A model generated the notes under the pieces. It searched no databases. It saw only the letters and a list, made by a program, of their open reading frames with translations, and had not been told where the DNA came from. From NCBI RefSeq assembly GCF_000006765.1, contig NC_002516.2: a stretch of DNA of 64,000 nucleotides; one strand, 5' to 3'. Positions 27,465 to 37,395 of the stretch are shown piece by piece (positions within the stretch are counted from its first letter, which is position 1; each line of letters opens with the position of its first letter). Source of the stretch: Pseudomonas aeruginosa PAO1. Its GTDB lineage: Bacteria > Pseudomonadota > Gammaproteobacteria > Pseudomonadales > Pseudomonadaceae. The position numbers and the translations under genes were made by a program.

Positions 27465-30400
27465 CGCTCGGCTCCCGGCTGGCCGCTGAACAGCGCGTCC
27501 AGGCGTTCGATCAGTTCCCGCGGCGGGCGCTCGAAGTGCAGGCCCTGGGTCGCCGCGCGGGTGCCGCGGAGGAACAGGTACACGGCGCCGCCCATGTGGC
27601 GGTCGTAGTCGTAGTCGGGCAGGCGCGCCTTCAACTGCCGGTGCAGGGCCAGCAGGTACAACACGTACTGCAGGTCATAACGGTTCTCCAGCACCGCGGC
27701 GGTCATCGCTTCCGGGCTGTAGGCGCCATCGTCGGCGCCCAGCCAGTTGGACTTGTAGTCGGCCACGTAGAAACGCCCCTGGTGCTCGAAGACCAGGTCG
27801 ACGAAGCCCTTGAACATGCCGTTCAGCAGGGTCGGCGCCAGCGCCGGACGCGCCGCGCCGCCGAGGGTATGGCGCCGGACCAGGGCGTCGATCGCCTCGG
27901 CCTGGACCTGGTGGGTGGCGAACCAGAACTCCATTTCCACCTGGTAGGCGACCAGCCCGGCCAGGCTGGTTTCGCCACCGGGCCAGCGCAGCGGTTCGGC
28001 GAGATACTGCTCCAGCCACAGGTCGAGCGGTTCGGCCCAGTCCTTCCAGCCACGCAGATCGCAGCGTCGCGCGACCAGTTCGCGGCGCCGCTGGGCATCG
28101 GCGCGCGCCACATCGAAGCCTTCGCGGCCGGCCCATTCGAGCAGCCCGTGGAGGAAGGTGCCGGGAGCCGGTCCGCGCGGGAAGCGATGCAGGTCGTCGC
28201 GCATCTCGCTGGCGTGCGCGACCGGCGGCTGTTCGGCGGAACGGCCTTCTTCGTGGAAGGTGGCTTCCTCGGCGCTGATCGGCTCCTGCGATTCGTCGCT
28301 CTCCAACACCTCGTCATCGTCCAGCCCGGCGGAGGCCTGCAATTGCAGGCCGGAATAGCTGGCGACCCACCACTTCTCGCGGCTGCTGCGGCGGGTTTCG
28401 CGGGCCTGCCCAAGGCCCTGGCCGCGCCCTGCGACATAGCGTTCGGCGTCCGCCTCGGGGGCCGGCTCGACGACGATCTCCCGGCACTCGCCGCGCAACG
28501 CGGCGAGGCATTGTCCGAGGCCATCGCTGCCGATGGTCGCGCCGCCGGCAAGCAGGTAGCCCAGGGCCCCCTTGTGCAACTCCGGCGACTTGCTGTTGCT
28601 CGCCACCAGCGGCGCGATGCCCAGCCACACCGAATGGCGGGCGCGGGTCAGGGCCACGTAGAGCAGGCGCATGTCTTCGCCGAGGCGCTCGTCGTTGGCC
28701 TGCTCGTAGGCCCGCGCAGCCTGCTCCTTGCGCCGCGCCAGCTCGATGACCCGCCCTGCAGCGCCATCCTCGTGGAAACTCGCCGGCGCGCCGCTGTTGC
28801 CGTCCAGCTCCCTCCAGCTGCAGATGAAGGGCAGCAGCACCAAGGGGTATTCCAGCCCCTTGGACTTGTGGATGGTCACCACCTTGATCAGGTCGGCGTC
28901 GCTTTCCAGGCGGAGGATCTCTTCGCTCCCCGGACTCTGCACCTGCTCGGCCAGATGGCGGATCAGCGCGTGCTCACCGTCCAGTTCCACCGCCGCGCGC
29001 TGCAGCCACTCGGCCAGGTGCAGCAGGTTGGTCAGGCTGCGCTCGCCATCGGCATGCCGCAGCAGGCGCGCCGGCAGTTCGAAGTCGGCGAGCAGGCGCC
29101 GCAGCATCGGCAATACGCCCTGGGCCTGCCAGGACCGGCGATAGTCGCGGAAGCGCAGGACCATCCGTTCCCAGAACAGTTCGTCCTGGTTCAATCGTTC
29201 CAGGGTCGCCCAGTCCAGGTGCAGGCTGCGGGTAGCCAGGGCGACCCGCAGCAGCGCATCGGCGCCGGGGTCGGCGCAGGCACGCAGCCAATGCAGCAGG
29301 TCGGCGGCTTCCTGGCTGTCGAACACCGAGTCGCGGTCGGACAGGTAGACGCTGGCCAGTCGTCGCGCCGCCAACGCGCTGCGGATCGCCTCGGCCTCGG
29401 CGCGACCGCGGACGAGGATGGCAATATCCGCCGGGCGCAACGCCCGCCAGCCGCCCTGCTCGTCGGCGAAGCCGGCGCGGCCCAGGTCGGCCAGGCTCAG
29501 CCAGCGGCGGATGGCGCTGGCGCTGCGCTCGGCCATTTCCTGGCGATACGCCGCGGAGCCGAGCACGCCGGCTTCGACATCAAGGTTCCAGAACGTCATC
29601 GCTGGCGCCTCGGCACCGTCGATCAACAAACGTTCGGCGCGCCCCTGAGCGTCCACCGCATGGAACGGCACCGGGTTTTCCAGCCCCTCGCGGGCGAAAC
29701 GGAAGGCGCCGCGCGGATGCTCTTCGGCGAAGGCGAAGCAGCGGTTGGCGGCCGCCACCATGGCGGCGGTCGAGCGGAAGTTCTTGCCAAGGGTGTAATG
29801 CCGCCCGCGAGTGGCCTCGCGGGCGCGCAGGTAGGTATGGATGTCGGCACCGCGGAAGGCGTAGATCGCCTGCTTGGGGTCGCCGATCATGAACAGGCCG
29901 GTTTCCCGCGCCTGGGGCTCGTCGGGATCGGCGGCGATCCGGTAGATGCGCTCGAAGATCCGGTACTGCACCGGGTCGGTATCCTGGAACTCGTCGATCA
30001 GCGCCACCGGGAACTGCTCGCGGATCAATTGCGCCAGGCGCTCGCCACCAGGCCCCTGCAAGGCGCGGTCGAGGCGGCTGAGCAGGTCGTCGAAGCCGAT
30101 CTCGGCACGCCGCTGCTTCTCGATCTCCAGTTCGTGCCCGACTTCGCCCAACGCGTGCAACAACAGGTGGGGAGCGAGATCGGGACGCTCTTCCTGATGC
30201 GCGGCCCAGGCGTCGATGGCCCTTAGCGCGGCATGCTCGGGCGCCACGCGCTTGGCGGTGAGCTTGATCCGGGTCTGGCCGAACTTGCCCAGGTTGGCCG
30301 GCTGCTCGCCGCCCTCGCTCCAGTCCGCCAACGCTTGCAGCCAGGCGTCGAAGGTCTCGTCGCTGTCCTTGCCGCGATAGCTGTTGCCGTTCAGGTAGGG

Positions 30401-31198
30401 ACGCAGGTCGCGCAGCAGCGCTTCCAGTTCGACGCGCGCTGCGCGCCAGGCGGCGCGGGCCTGCGCGTCCAGTTGGTCGAGCTGGCGATACCAGTCGCCG
30501 CCCTGCTCCAGCAAGGCTGCCAGTGACTCGGGCGCACTCAGCGCCTGGTCGGCGTAGCGGAAGTCGGCGTCCTGCCGCGCCAGCAGCGGCTGCAAGGCCT
30601 TGCCCAGCGCCTCCGGCCCACTGTAGCAACTGGCCACGGCTTGCGCCGCCGGAGCCGTCAGGCCGTAGAAGTTGCGCCGCCAGTAGTCCCGCACCACTTC
30701 GGCGAGCAATTCGCTCTGGTCGGTTTCCAGGTTCTGGGTGAACAGGCTGCCGCTGTCGAAGGCGTGCTCGCGCAGCATCCGGTAGCACCAACTGTGGATG
30801 GTCGATACCGCGGCCTCGTCCATCCACTCCGCGGCCAGGCGCAGCAGGCGCGCGCAGCCCGGCCAGCGCTCGGTGGGATACTGCTGGCGCAACGCGACCA
30901 GCAGGCCGTCGTGGCGCTCCTGCGGCTCGGCGAAACAACGCGCCGCTTCGCCCAGGCGGCTGCGGATACGCTCGCGGAGTTCCTGGGTCGCCGCATCGGT
31001 GAAGGTCACCACGAGGATTTCCGGCGGGCTCAGCGGCCGGCCGAAAGCGTTCTCGCCGCCATGGTCGAGGACCAGGCGTACGTATAGCAGGGCGATGGTG
31101 AACGTCTTGCCGGTACCGGCGCTGGCCTCGATCAGGCGGCTGCCGTGCAACGGGAAGTCCAGCGGATCGAGGGCCACGGGCATCTGCTGCTGGCTCAT
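27461..31198 (-). CDS. recB: RecBCD subunit RecB
   Basis: ASAGTGKT, IDEFQDTD, VTIHKSKGLEY, nuclease motif GFVDLVF...ADYKSN. Confidence 0.98.
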   Translation of the reverse strand: MSQQQMPVALDPLDFPLHGSRLIEASAGTGKTFTIALLYVRLVLDHGGENAFGRPLSPPEILVVTFTDAATQELRERIRSRLGEAARCFAEPQERHDGLLVALRQQYPTERWPGCARLLRLAAEWMDEAAVSTIHSWCYRMLREHAFDSGSLFTQNLETDQSELLAEVVRDYWRRNFYGLTAPAAQAVASCYSGPEALGKALQPLLARQDADFRYADQALSAPESLAALLEQGGDWYRQLDQLDAQARAAWRAARVELEALLRDLRPYLNGNSYRGKDSDETFDAWLQALADWSEGGEQPANLGKFGQTRIKLTAKRVAPEHAALRAIDAWAAHQEERPDLAPHLLLHALGEVGHELEIEKQRRAEIGFDDLLSRLDRALQGPGGERLAQLIREQFPVALIDEFQDTDPVQYRIFERIYRIAADPDEPQARETGLFMIGDPKQAIYAFRGADIHTYLRAREATRGRHYTLGKNFRSTAAMVAAANRCFAFAEEHPRGAFRFAREGLENPVPFHAVDAQGRAERLLIDGAEAPAMTFWNLDVEAGVLGSAAYRQEMAERSASAIRRWLSLADLGRAGFADEQGGWRALRPADIAILVRGRAEAEAIRSALAARRLASVYLSDRDSVFDSQEAADLLHWLRACADPGADALLRVALATRSLHLDWATLERLNQDELFWERMVLRFRDYRRSWQAQGVLPMLRRLLADFELPARLLRHADGERSLTNLLHLAEWLQRAAVELDGEHALIRHLAEQVQSPGSEEILRLESDADLIKVVTIHKSKGLEYPLVLLPFICSWRELDGNSGAPASFHEDGAAGRVIELARRKEQAARAYEQANDERLGEDMRLLYVALTRARHSVWLGIAPLVASNSKSPELHKGALGYLLAGGATIGSDGLGQCLAALRGECREIVVEPAPEADAERYVAGRGQGLGQARETRRSSREKWWVASYSGLQLQASAGLDDDEVLESDESQEPISAEEATFHEEGRSAEQPPVAHASEMRDDLHRFPRGPAPGTFLHGLLEWAGREGFDVARADAQRRRELVARRCDLRGWKDWAEPLDLWLEQYLAEPLRWPGGETSLAGLVAYQVEMEFWFATHQVQAEAIDALVRRHTLGGAARPALAPTLLNGMFKGFVDLVFEHQGRFYVADYKSNWLGADDGAYSPEAMTAAVLENRYDLQYVLYLLALHRQLKARLPDYDYDRHMGGAVYLFLRGTRAATQGLHFERPPRELIERLDALFSGQPGAER

Positions 31199-34100
31199 GC
31201 CTGCTCCTCCGCGCCACGTCCCAGGGCAGCCAGCAGCGGCGCGTAGAGCTGCTCGGCCCAGTGCGCGAACTCACCGCTGGCGAGCAGCCGGTCGAAGTCC
31301 GGATAGACCCGAGCCAGCGCCGGCGAGGCGTCCACCTCGCCCCCCATGCCGAACCCTCCCTCGTAGCGCTTGCGCGCCTCGCGCATGGCTTTCTCGGGCT
31401 CTGCGGCGCCACCACTGGCGAGCCAGGCGAAAGCGGTCCGGCAGGCCAGCGGCAACGGCTGGCGCATGCCCTGGCGCCAGGCGTCGATCAACTGGTCGAG
31501 GTACTCGCTGGCACGCTCGCTCGGCAACGGCGGAATCTCCAGGGTGCCGGTCTGGCTCACCAGCACGCTGCTCACCGGCTGGCCTAGACGTTGCAGGGCG
31601 AGGTGCTGCAACCAGTGGCGTACCAGGCTGTGCCACTTGAAGCTGCGCCCCTCATGGAGCTTGCCGCTGAGCAATTGCAGGCGCGCCAGGCGCCCGGAAG
31701 CGTCGCGACGCAAGCCGCCGAGCCAGTCCTCCAGCTCCAGCCCGGACGGATGGCGATGGCGCAACTCCTGCTGCTGCTCGACCGCCTCCGGCCAGCGCTC
31801 GATTTCCTGGCGGTAGCGCCAGAGCAGGTCGGGCAGCGGTTGCAGCAAATGGCGCGCGGAGAACTCGCCGAACGCCGCCAGCGGCAGGCGACCCTGTCGC
31901 CGCAGTCGCTCGACCTGGGCCTGCAACTGCACCGGCAGGCCCTCGGCATCCCAGTCCCGCTCGACCCAGCGCTTCATGCGTTCGGTCAGCTCGAATTGCA
32001 GCTTCCAGTTGTCCAGCGCGTCCAGTTCGAAAGGCTCTTCGTCGTTGCCGGTCAATTGCTCGTCGTCGAAACGCACCTTGAGCCGCTGCTGGAAGAACGC
32101 ATTCACCGGGTTGGCGAGGAACTCCGCCAGCGCTCGCAGCCCCAGCGCGCCCTCCAGCTCCAGCGGCGGCAGGGGCGCTTCGGCGTCGGGAACGCCGATC
32201 TCGTCCTCGCGATGGACCTCGCGCCACTCGCGGGCGTAGGTGAACAGGCCATCGACGCCCTGCTCCGGCGCATCGTGAAAATACCGGCGGCTGAACGGCT
32301 GCAGCGGATGCTCCTGGGTCAGGGCACGCAGCAGCGCCTCGCCGTCGCCGTCCGGATCCAGGCGCCAGCCGGCCGCCAGGTGATCGCGCAACTGGCCGAT
32401 CAGCACCGAGGGCGGCCGCTCGCCATTGTCGCGGATACTCCGCCCCACCCAGCTCACGTAGAGTTGCTCGCGCGCCGAGAGCAGCGCCTCGAGCAGCAGG
32501 TAGCGGTCGTCCTCGCGCCGCGAGCGGTCGCCGGGGCGGTAGTCGTTGCGCATCAGGTCGAAATCCAGCGGCGACTGCTGGCGGGGGTAGTCGCCATCGT
32601 TCATGCCAAGCAGGCAGACCAGCCGGAACGGGATCGCGCGCATCGGCATCAACGTGCAGAAACTCACCGCGCCAGCCAGGAAGCGCTGGTTCAGGCCGCC
32701 CTGGTCCAGGCCGCCGAGCCAGGCCTCGCGTATCACGCTGATCGGTAGCGGCTCGGCGAAGGCCGCACAAGCGCAGTGTTCCTGCCAGCGCTCGAGCAAT
32801 TGCAGGAGCTGGGTGAGAAGCAGTTCGTCGCGCTCGTCGTGGGCCTCGAAGAACACCGTGAGCAGGGCTTGCAGGCGCTCGCCCCACTGCGCCGGGGTGG
32901 CCGGTTCGGCCAGCTCGGCGTAGGCCACCTCGAGGCGCTCCAGCAGCACAGCCAGCGGGCCTGCCAGGGCGGCGTCCAGACCACCGACCTCATCGTAGGG
33001 CTGGATGCCTTGCAGGGCCGCGCCTTCGCCGACCGCGTAGCCGAGCAGCATGCGCCGCAGACCGAAGCGCCAACTGTTGCCCTCCAGTCCCGCTGGCAGG
33101 CCGAGACGCTCGCGCTGCGCGGCATCCAGCCCCCAGCGCACGCCGGCGCCTTCGATCCAGCGGTGCAGGGTCGCCAGGTCGGCCTCGTCGACGCCGAAAC
33201 GCCGGCGCAATGCCGGGACGTCCAGCAGGTCGAGGATCTCGCTCACGGCGAAACGGCTGTCGGGCAGTTTCAGCAGATGCTCCAGGGCGATCAGCAGCGG
33301 CTCGCGACCGCGCTGTCCCTGGTCGGCCAGGGTATAGGGAATGAAGCGCTGGTCGTCGCGCGGCACCTGGCCGAACACCGCCTCGATGTGCGGCGCGTAG
33401 GCGTTGATGTCGGGGACCATGACGATCACGTCGCGCGGCTTCAGGCTCGGATCGGCGTTGAAGCGGGCGAGCAACTGGTCGTGGAGGATCTCCACTTCGC
33501 GCTGCGCGCTGTGGGCCACATGGAAGCGGATCGAGGCGTCGCTCCGCGGCGCCACCGGCGGCCAGTGCTCGCGGGTTTCCGCCAACGGGCGCAGTTCGAG
33601 GATATCGTCCTGCAACTGGCCGAGCAGCCCGTGCGGGGTCTCCTCGCTGAACAGGTCGATGCGCCCGCCGTTGACCTCGCCGAACAGGTTCCGATAGCTG
33701 TCCGGGTCGTCGTAGCTGTCGAGCAGGTTGATGTAGTCGCGGCCCTGCTTGCCCCAGGCCGCCAGCAACGGCTGGGCATGCTGGTGCTGGCGGTCCTCGT
33801 CGAGGTCGGCGGGGACGCCGGCGCGGCGCTGCTGGCGGCGGTACTCGTGGCGCAACAGGTCCTTGTCGGCGACGATGTCGGCCCAGTGGTGGCGACAGGG
33901 GTTGTGCACGCAGAGCAGCACCTGGCTGAACCTGGCCAGGGCGGCCAGCGCCTCGAGGGTCTGCGCCGGCATCGAGGAAATCCCGAACACCACCACTCGT
34001 CGCGGCAACGCGCGCGGCGCCGCGCTGGCGGAGCGCAGCGCCTCGATGAAGCGCCGGTGCACGCCGGAGCGGCTGCGGGCCAGGCTATCGGCACCGACGT

Positions 34101-34710
34101 CGGCGAGCAGCGCGCGCCACAATTCGGCCTGCCAGCGCTCGTCGGCACCGAGCGGGCGCGCCTGCCCGTTCGCCGTGCGCAACTGGTCGCGGCCCTGGCT
34201 CCAGTCGTCGAGCCAGTCGCCGCGATAGACCTGGTACTGGTCGAACAGGTCGGCCAGGCGCTCGGCCAGTTGATGACGCTTGCGCAGGTCGGCATCGTCG
34301 GCGAGGAAACGTTGCAGGGTGCGGAACTCGGGACGCTCCAGCAATCCGGGAAGCAGACGCATCAGGCGCCAGGTCAGCGGCGCCTTGTCCAGTTCGGAAA
34401 CCTCGGGAATGCTTTCGCGGCCCAGCACCGCGCGATAGGCCTGCCAGAGGAACTGCGCCGGCAACTGCACCTCCAGCGCCGCGGCGATGCCGCCACCGCC
34501 GCCGCCGTCCTCGCGGGGATCTTCGGCCAATGCCAGCTTCAACCATTGGGCGATGCCGTTGCTGTGCACCAGGACCCGCTCGCTTTCCAGCGGCGCCAGC
34601 GGATAGCGGCGCATCCAGGAAACGGCGAGGTCGCGCAGGTCGTCCAGGCGATTGCCGTGGACGATCATGAATCCGGGCGTGAGAGCGGTGGTTCCCAAGG
34701 GTTCTGGCAT
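31195..34710 (-). CDS. recC: RecBCD subunit RecC
   Basis: HGNRLDDL, FDQYQVYR, FCTLMPMRAIPF; ATGA overlap with recB. Confidence 0.97.
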   Translation of the reverse strand: MPEPLGTTALTPGFMIVHGNRLDDLRDLAVSWMRRYPLAPLESERVLVHSNGIAQWLKLALAEDPREDGGGGGGIAAALEVQLPAQFLWQAYRAVLGRESIPEVSELDKAPLTWRLMRLLPGLLERPEFRTLQRFLADDADLRKRHQLAERLADLFDQYQVYRGDWLDDWSQGRDQLRTANGQARPLGADERWQAELWRALLADVGADSLARSRSGVHRRFIEALRSASAAPRALPRRVVVFGISSMPAQTLEALAALARFSQVLLCVHNPCRHHWADIVADKDLLRHEYRRQQRRAGVPADLDEDRQHQHAQPLLAAWGKQGRDYINLLDSYDDPDSYRNLFGEVNGGRIDLFSEETPHGLLGQLQDDILELRPLAETREHWPPVAPRSDASIRFHVAHSAQREVEILHDQLLARFNADPSLKPRDVIVMVPDINAYAPHIEAVFGQVPRDDQRFIPYTLADQGQRGREPLLIALEHLLKLPDSRFAVSEILDLLDVPALRRRFGVDEADLATLHRWIEGAGVRWGLDAAQRERLGLPAGLEGNSWRFGLRRMLLGYAVGEGAALQGIQPYDEVGGLDAALAGPLAVLLERLEVAYAELAEPATPAQWGERLQALLTVFFEAHDERDELLLTQLLQLLERWQEHCACAAFAEPLPISVIREAWLGGLDQGGLNQRFLAGAVSFCTLMPMRAIPFRLVCLLGMNDGDYPRQQSPLDFDLMRNDYRPGDRSRREDDRYLLLEALLSAREQLYVSWVGRSIRDNGERPPSVLIGQLRDHLAAGWRLDPDGDGEALLRALTQEHPLQPFSRRYFHDAPEQGVDGLFTYAREWREVHREDEIGVPDAEAPLPPLELEGALGLRALAEFLANPVNAFFQQRLKVRFDDEQLTGNDEEPFELDALDNWKLQFELTERMKRWVERDWDAEGLPVQLQAQVERLRRQGRLPLAAFGEFSARHLLQPLPDLLWRYRQEIERWPEAVEQQQELRHRHPSGLELEDWLGGLRRDASGRLARLQLLSGKLHEGRSFKWHSLVRHWLQHLALQRLGQPVSSVLVSQTGTLEIPPLPSERASEYLDQLIDAWRQGMRQPLPLACRTAFAWLASGGAAEPEKAMREARKRYEGGFGMGGEVDASPALARVYPDFDRLLASGEFAHWAEQLYAPLLAALGRGAEEQA

Positions 34711-34750
34711 CGGTACGGCTATTCCTGGCGCAAGGCTCTGGCGAAAGAGG

Positions 34751-35434
34751 TCAGGATCGGGCGGCGACGAAGCGTCGTTCCAGTTCGAGGCTGTCGGCCA
34801 TGCGGAAATCGCTCCAGCGCTCGCTCAGGCCGAGATGGCTGTCCGCCTGGCAATCCGGGGCACTGGCGCAACGGCGGGTGAAGGTGTTGACCACCTCGAC
34901 CATCTCCTCGCGCTCGGCGCCGACCAGCAGCGCCGCGTGCGCCAGCACCACCGGCCGGCCGGCGCCGTTGCGCCGCCAGCGTTGCGCGGTCCCGGCGAGC
35001 TTGCGCCCATCCAGGGTGACATTGTAGCGGCCGTCGCAGAAGGAACCGGCCACGGCGCCCACGCCGGCGTCCAGGCCGCGCTCGCGGAGCCAGTCGCAGA
35101 TCGGCTGGCACAGCCGCAGGTAGGCGGTTTCGATACGGGTCTGCTCGTTGTCGCCGGGCCCCAGCGCATAGGACAGGGCGATGTTCAGCACGCCCGGCGA
35201 TTGCGGCACCGGCTCGCCGCCGGTATCGCGCAGCAGCACCGGCCAGCCGCGTTCGGCGACCGCTGCGCTGGCCGGCGCGAATCCTTCCAGGCGCTCCATC
35301 CGGCGCGGCATGACCAGCGCCCGATCGCAGGGCTGCCAGAGCAACAGGCCATGCTCGCGGGCACCGCCACACACCTCGTCGAGCAGGGCGCGCTCGGCGT
35401 CCAGCCCATCCTGCACGGAAAACACTTCGACCAC
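34751..35434 (-). CDS. LplA/LipL-family protein (PA4286)
   Basis: Probable GTG start at 35434 after GAGGA; RDTGGEPV...GVLNIAL and GSFCDGRYN...GRKLAGTAQR. Confidence 0.8.
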   Translation of the reverse strand: MVEVFSVQDGLDAERALLDEVCGGAREHGLLLWQPCDRALVMPRRMERLEGFAPASAAVAERGWPVLLRDTGGEPVPQSPGVLNIALSYALGPGDNEQTRIETAYLRLCQPICDWLRERGLDAGVGAVAGSFCDGRYNVTLDGRKLAGTAQRWRRNGAGRPVVLAHAALLVGAEREEMVEVVNTFTRRCASAPDCQADSHLGLSERWSDFRMADSLELERRFVAARS

Positions 35435-35546
35435 GATTCTTCCTCTTCCAGGCTGGCACGGCTCGGCTCCCACGCGGGGAGCGCTGCCTATGATAGCCAG
35501 TGGCGGCGCCTCCGTGCGCCGTAATCGCGAGGAAGTTGCCGGGAAA

Positions 35547-36437
35547 TCAGCAGGTTGCCGAACGCAGACGGGCCGGGCGGCGCTGCCAGAACTCGGCCAG
35601 CAGGACCCCGGCCAGGGTCAGCGCGCCGCCGACCAGGTGATGGACGGTCAGGCGCTCGCCGAGCACCAGGGTGGCGATGCAGGCGGTGATGATCGGCAGC
35701 AGGTTGAAGAACAGGGCCATCCGGCTCGGCCCGAGACGGGCGACACCGTGCATCCAGGCCAGCGCGGCGACGATCGAGGCGAACAGCGCGGCGTACAGCA
35801 CCAGCGGCAGGTTGGCGGCGTTCAGGCCGGTGCGCGGCGACAGCAGGTACAGCGGCAGCAGGGCGAGGATCGCCACCAGCACCTGCAGGTAGAGCAGTTG
35901 CATGGCCGGCAGCTTCAGGCTCCATTTCTTCAGCAGCACGCTGTACACCGCATAGGCCAGGGTGGCGACGATCATCATCGCGTCGCCGAGATTCACTCCA
36001 TGCTCCAGCAAAGCGCCGAGATGGCCCTGGGAGATCACCAGCACCACGCCGGCCAGCGACACCAGCGCGCCGAGCAGCGCCCCGGCGTTCAGCCGGTGGG
36101 CCAGGATGCTGCTGGCCAGGCCCAGCGACATCAGGGGCATCAGCGACAGGATGATGCCCATGTTGGTGGCGCTGGTCAGCGCTGCCGCGTAGTAGGCCAG
36201 GCTCTGGTAGACGGCCATGCCGAGCAGGCCGAGGACCACGAACTTGCCGAGGTTGGCGAGGATGTAGCGGCGGTTGCGCAGCACCGGGCCGAGCATGAAG
36301 GGCGTCAGCGCCAGGCCGACCAGCAGCCAGCGGAAGAAACCGATCTCGGCGGGCTGGATGATCCCCACGGCGAGCTTGTTGACGACGGTGTTGCCGGCCC
36401 AGATGAACACGGCCAGCAGGGGAAACAGGTATTGCAT
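35547..36437 (-). CDS. EamA/DMT-family exporter (PA4287)
   Basis: 296 aa from MQYLFPLLAVFIWAGN; about 10 hydrophobic segments in two repeats. Confidence 0.88.
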   Translation of the reverse strand: MQYLFPLLAVFIWAGNTVVNKLAVGIIQPAEIGFFRWLLVGLALTPFMLGPVLRNRRYILANLGKFVVLGLLGMAVYQSLAYYAAALTSATNMGIILSLMPLMSLGLASSILAHRLNAGALLGALVSLAGVVLVISQGHLGALLEHGVNLGDAMMIVATLAYAVYSVLLKKWSLKLPAMQLLYLQVLVAILALLPLYLLSPRTGLNAANLPLVLYAALFASIVAALAWMHGVARLGPSRMALFFNLLPIITACIATLVLGERLTVHHLVGGALTLAGVLLAEFWQRRPARLRSATC

Positions 36438-36537
36438 GGGAGGTTCCGCACTATGAAAAAGGAATACGCGGCCATTCTGAGCCAGTCCGAATACAGACGT
36501 ATAATGAATTCCAGACAAACCACCCGTAGGTTCGGAC

Positions 36538-37341
36538 ATGTCGACCACCACCTTGCTGCGCCTTCCCGATCTCCAGGGGCAGTCTTTCGACGTCTATTTC
36601 CGCTATGACGAGTTCGGCGCCGACACCCATTCGCCGCCGCACACCCACGCCTGGGGCCAGCTCAACTATGCAGCCCATGGCGTGATGCAGCTGGAGATCG
36701 ACGGCCAGCGCTTCCTCTCGCCTCCGCAATACGCGGTATGGATACCACCGGAGCGGGTGCACAGCTGCTACAACAGCCAGGCCATCGTCTACCGCTCGCT
36801 GTACCTCTCCGCCGAACTGTCACGACGCCTGCCGGCGACACCTTGCACCCTGGCGATCAGCGCGATCCTCAAGGCGATCCTCTCGGACTTCGCCGAGCGC
36901 GGGGTCAACCTGCCGACCTCGGCGCAGGACCTGCGCCTGGCCCGGGTCGTCATGGACCAGCTGGAATGCGCCCAGCCCCACGACGACTACCTGCCCTACG
37001 GCCGTACCCCGGCGCTGCGCGAGGTGCTCGACGCACTGCAGGCCGAGCCGGGCGACAACCGCTCGCTGGCGCAATGGGCGCAGCAGGTGCACAGCACCGA
37101 GCGAACCCTGGCCCGGCACTGCCAGCGCGAACTGGGCATGACCTTCGGCGAATGGCGCCAACGCCTGCGCTTCCTCGCGGCCATCGAGGCGCTGGAAGCC
37201 GGCAGGGGGATCCAGCAGATCGCCTTCGACCTCGGCTACAGCAGCCCCTCGGCGTTCATCTCGATGTTCCGCCGGCTGGCCGGCACCACACCGGAACAAT
37301 ACCGCCTGGCCAGCCGCGCCCAGGACATGCCGATGCTGTAA
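36538..37341 (+). CDS. AraC-family regulator, cupin + HTH, NimR/YeaM-like (PA4288)
   Basis: HTHAWGQL, PPQYAVWIP, C-terminal IAFDLGYSSPSAFISMFRR. Confidence 0.9.
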   Translation: MSTTTLLRLPDLQGQSFDVYFRYDEFGADTHSPPHTHAWGQLNYAAHGVMQLEIDGQRFLSPPQYAVWIPPERVHSCYNSQAIVYRSLYLSAELSRRLPATPCTLAISAILKAILSDFAERGVNLPTSAQDLRLARVVMDQLECAQPHDDYLPYGRTPALREVLDALQAEPGDNRSLAQWAQQVHSTERTLARHCQRELGMTFGEWRQRLRFLAAIEALEAGRGIQQIAFDLGYSSPSAFISMFRRLAGTTPEQYRLASRAQDMPML

Positions 37342-37395
37342 CCCGCCGTGCATGCGTTGCGGCTATGCTCGCAGCAGCCACCATCCGGAGTTCGC

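Noticed and set aside
20317-34881. Many long alternative-frame and antisense ORFs over sbcDC and recBCD
   Set aside because: Low stop-codon frequency at high GC; R/A/G/P-rich low-complexity products with no domain signatures.
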